64,000 nucleotides of DNA, from positions 180,544,001 to 180,608,000 of the forward strand of contig OZ024740.1 of the NCBI GenBank assembly GCA_964016885.1, given 5' to 3'. Made by a program: the position numbers and the translations under genes. Under the pieces are notes generated by a model. The model was given only the letters and a program-made list of their open reading frames with translations. It had not been told where the DNA came from and did no database searches. Of the stretch, positions 62,065-64,000 are shown one piece after another; within the stretch, counting starts at the first letter, position 1, and every line of letters starts with the position of its first letter. Source of the stretch: Eledone cirrhosa. Its lineage: Eukaryota.

Positions 62065-64000
62065 GCTTTCTTTATTAACCACAAGGGTTTACATGAAGTA
62101 GACATTAAGGACAGTGCAGGACAATACAGGACGGTACAAATGGGCATTTCTGCGTGTAAAAAAACAGAGGAGGTAATAAAAAATAACAATGAAAAATTCC
62201 CCAATGGGGGGGAGACTTCCGAGGGACATTTGTGGAGAAAGCCCATTAAGAGGCCACAGTGACCCTGACAACCAGGGCAAGTGCCCTCTCCCAGTTTTAC
62301 ACCTTTAATTTACAGACAGATACTCAGAGTAGGCCCATTCACTCAGGCCATACTTGCTTCTCTCACCCATCTTTCAACAAAATGCTGGGAAGAGAGCACT
62401 TCCCTCTCTACCCTGATTTTCCTTTTCAAATAAAATTTCAAAAAGTTAAATAGGGCATCACCGAAGAGGTAAGTGCTCGTCTTCAGCCCTTTCAAACGTG
62501 TCCACCATACTATCTCTTTCGCCATGGCCACCAGACAGATAAAAACTGCCTGCCCTTCCCGGCTAAAGGAAGAAGGCGGGGCAATCCTCACGTTGGACTC
62601 AGCTGATAGCTGGATCCGTCCTACACGTGACAGCAGGTGTTCAACATAAACCCACAAGTCAGCAATTCTCGGACACTGGACGAGTGCGTGCAGGACGGTT
62701 TCGTCGCCCTGCGCGCATCTCAGATATGCCCGGCTGACGGCACCTCCATGCCTGTAGACTTTATCCCGAACTGGCAAAGCTCCTCGGTAGCACTGCCAGG
62801 CCAGGGATTTCTGGAAGTTGTCCATAGGCCCCGGCCCGAAAGTCGTTCCGAAGAGATTGACTAGTTGATTTTCGTCGATGCCTAGAGTTTCTCCAAGTAC
62901 GTCGTCGCTCTTCCCCTCCACTAATCCTCTATAGAACGCCAAAGTGGAGTTTCCACCGATCACATTGCCCGATTGGTCGAGGGCTGTGAGCGCCTGAAGA
63001 CATTCCAATCTCCAAGCGCTCCCTCTCGGTCTTCGCTTGACCCAGGACTGCAGCTCCGTCAAGGAGACGAGCTGTGGAAAGACAGACGTGTCTAACAAAC
63101 GGCGCCCACACCTGATCACCGTCGAGGAAGAGGTGGAGATGTCGTAGCCTGAGCTCGTGTCTGCGCATCATCAAGCACGGCATGCCCAGCCCTCCACGTA
63201 GCGGGTGTTGACAGCAGATGGACCGCCTGATCATCGGAGTGCGTCCCTTCCACAAAAAGCGAAAGAGCAAACGCTCCAGCGCAGTAAGGCGATGACGGAC
63301 GCGATGTACGCGTTAGGCAGCTCCACTCGACTTTTCAGGGATAGCTTCCTCTCCTCCCATTTCTGGGTGAGAGAAGCCACCCTGCTCGTCACCTCGTCCC
63401 AGATTTTGTCCGTCTTGAGGTCCGGACCGAACCAGACCCCTAGCTATTTAAGTGATCCGTCCGTCCAGCGCCCGACGACGCTGTTGGACGGCATGGACCT
63501 GCCTCTCCAGGTGCCGAGCAGCAGGCCCACTGACTTTTCGAAGTTGATCATTGCTCCTGTCACCGCTTGGTATTTTCTTAGTGTAGTGCCGATCACCTCG
63601 ATGTGTTTGGCGTTCGATACCACTACGGTAACATCGTCCGCATATGCTGACACGGATCTTCCGCATCCTAGTTCGCGCGGGACCCCCCTCAACGTCTCGA
63701 GTTTGTGCAGTAATGGCTCGAGAGTCAATACGTACAAGAGGGACGAGAGGGGACATCCTTGGCGGACCGAGCGCATGATGTTGAACGGTTCCGACAGGTG
63801 ACCGTTCACTCTCACCACAGAGCAGATGTCGCTGTGCATGGCAGCGATCCAGCCTCTGAAGACGGACCAGATCGTGGCTTTGATGCCACGACGCGCCTCC
63901 GCCACTCGGGCCCATTGAACGGCTTTCGTCCCCTCGTGTCTGAGAGCACGCACCCTAGCTTTGACAACGCAGCCTTCATGCTTTGCATTGAAGAATTAGT
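62065..64000 (-). mobile_element. Tx1 copy T5 (continues beyond window), internally deleted
   Basis: 3'UTR, ZnF, YADD; ~0.7 kb in-frame deletion at ~63866. Confidence 0.92.

Noticed and set aside
63855-63875. In-frame ~0.7 kb deletion in T5 as a spliced copy
   Set aside because: The deleted segment lacks an AG end; short GG(T/C)C microhomology suggests a repair deletion

Overview
Repeat-dense, AT-rich animal genomic DNA. The SINE sequences and dense TA/AAT microsatellites suggest an octopus-like cephalopod (inference). No complete host gene is evident. About 70% of the window is non-LTR retroelements stacked on (TAA)n/(ATT)n microsatellites. There are five Tx1/L1-clade LINEs (gag-like ORF1 with a CCHC knuckle; APE-RT-ZnF ORF2) and nine copies or fragments of two R4/Dong-type restriction-like-endonuclease LINE families. 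There are also three Penelope-like elements (two Naiad-like, one with a Cys-linker GIY-YIG), RTE fragments and tRNA-derived SINEs. Most notable: (i) a conserved 52-53 nt GT-AG intron candidate overlapping the Tx1 ORF1 stop codon, whose removal fuses ORF1 in frame to ORF2 and rebuilds the first strand of the endonuclease; (ii) fold-back palindromes carrying hammerhead ribozymes on both strands, embedded in (TA)n; (iii) Tx1 and R4/Dong using the same microsatellite in strictly opposite orientations; (iv) ORF1 swapping among Tx1 copies; (v) TGG>TAG codons shared between separate copies in two families, possibly reversible by A-to-I editing. All coordinates were read by eye and boundaries may be off by a few bases.
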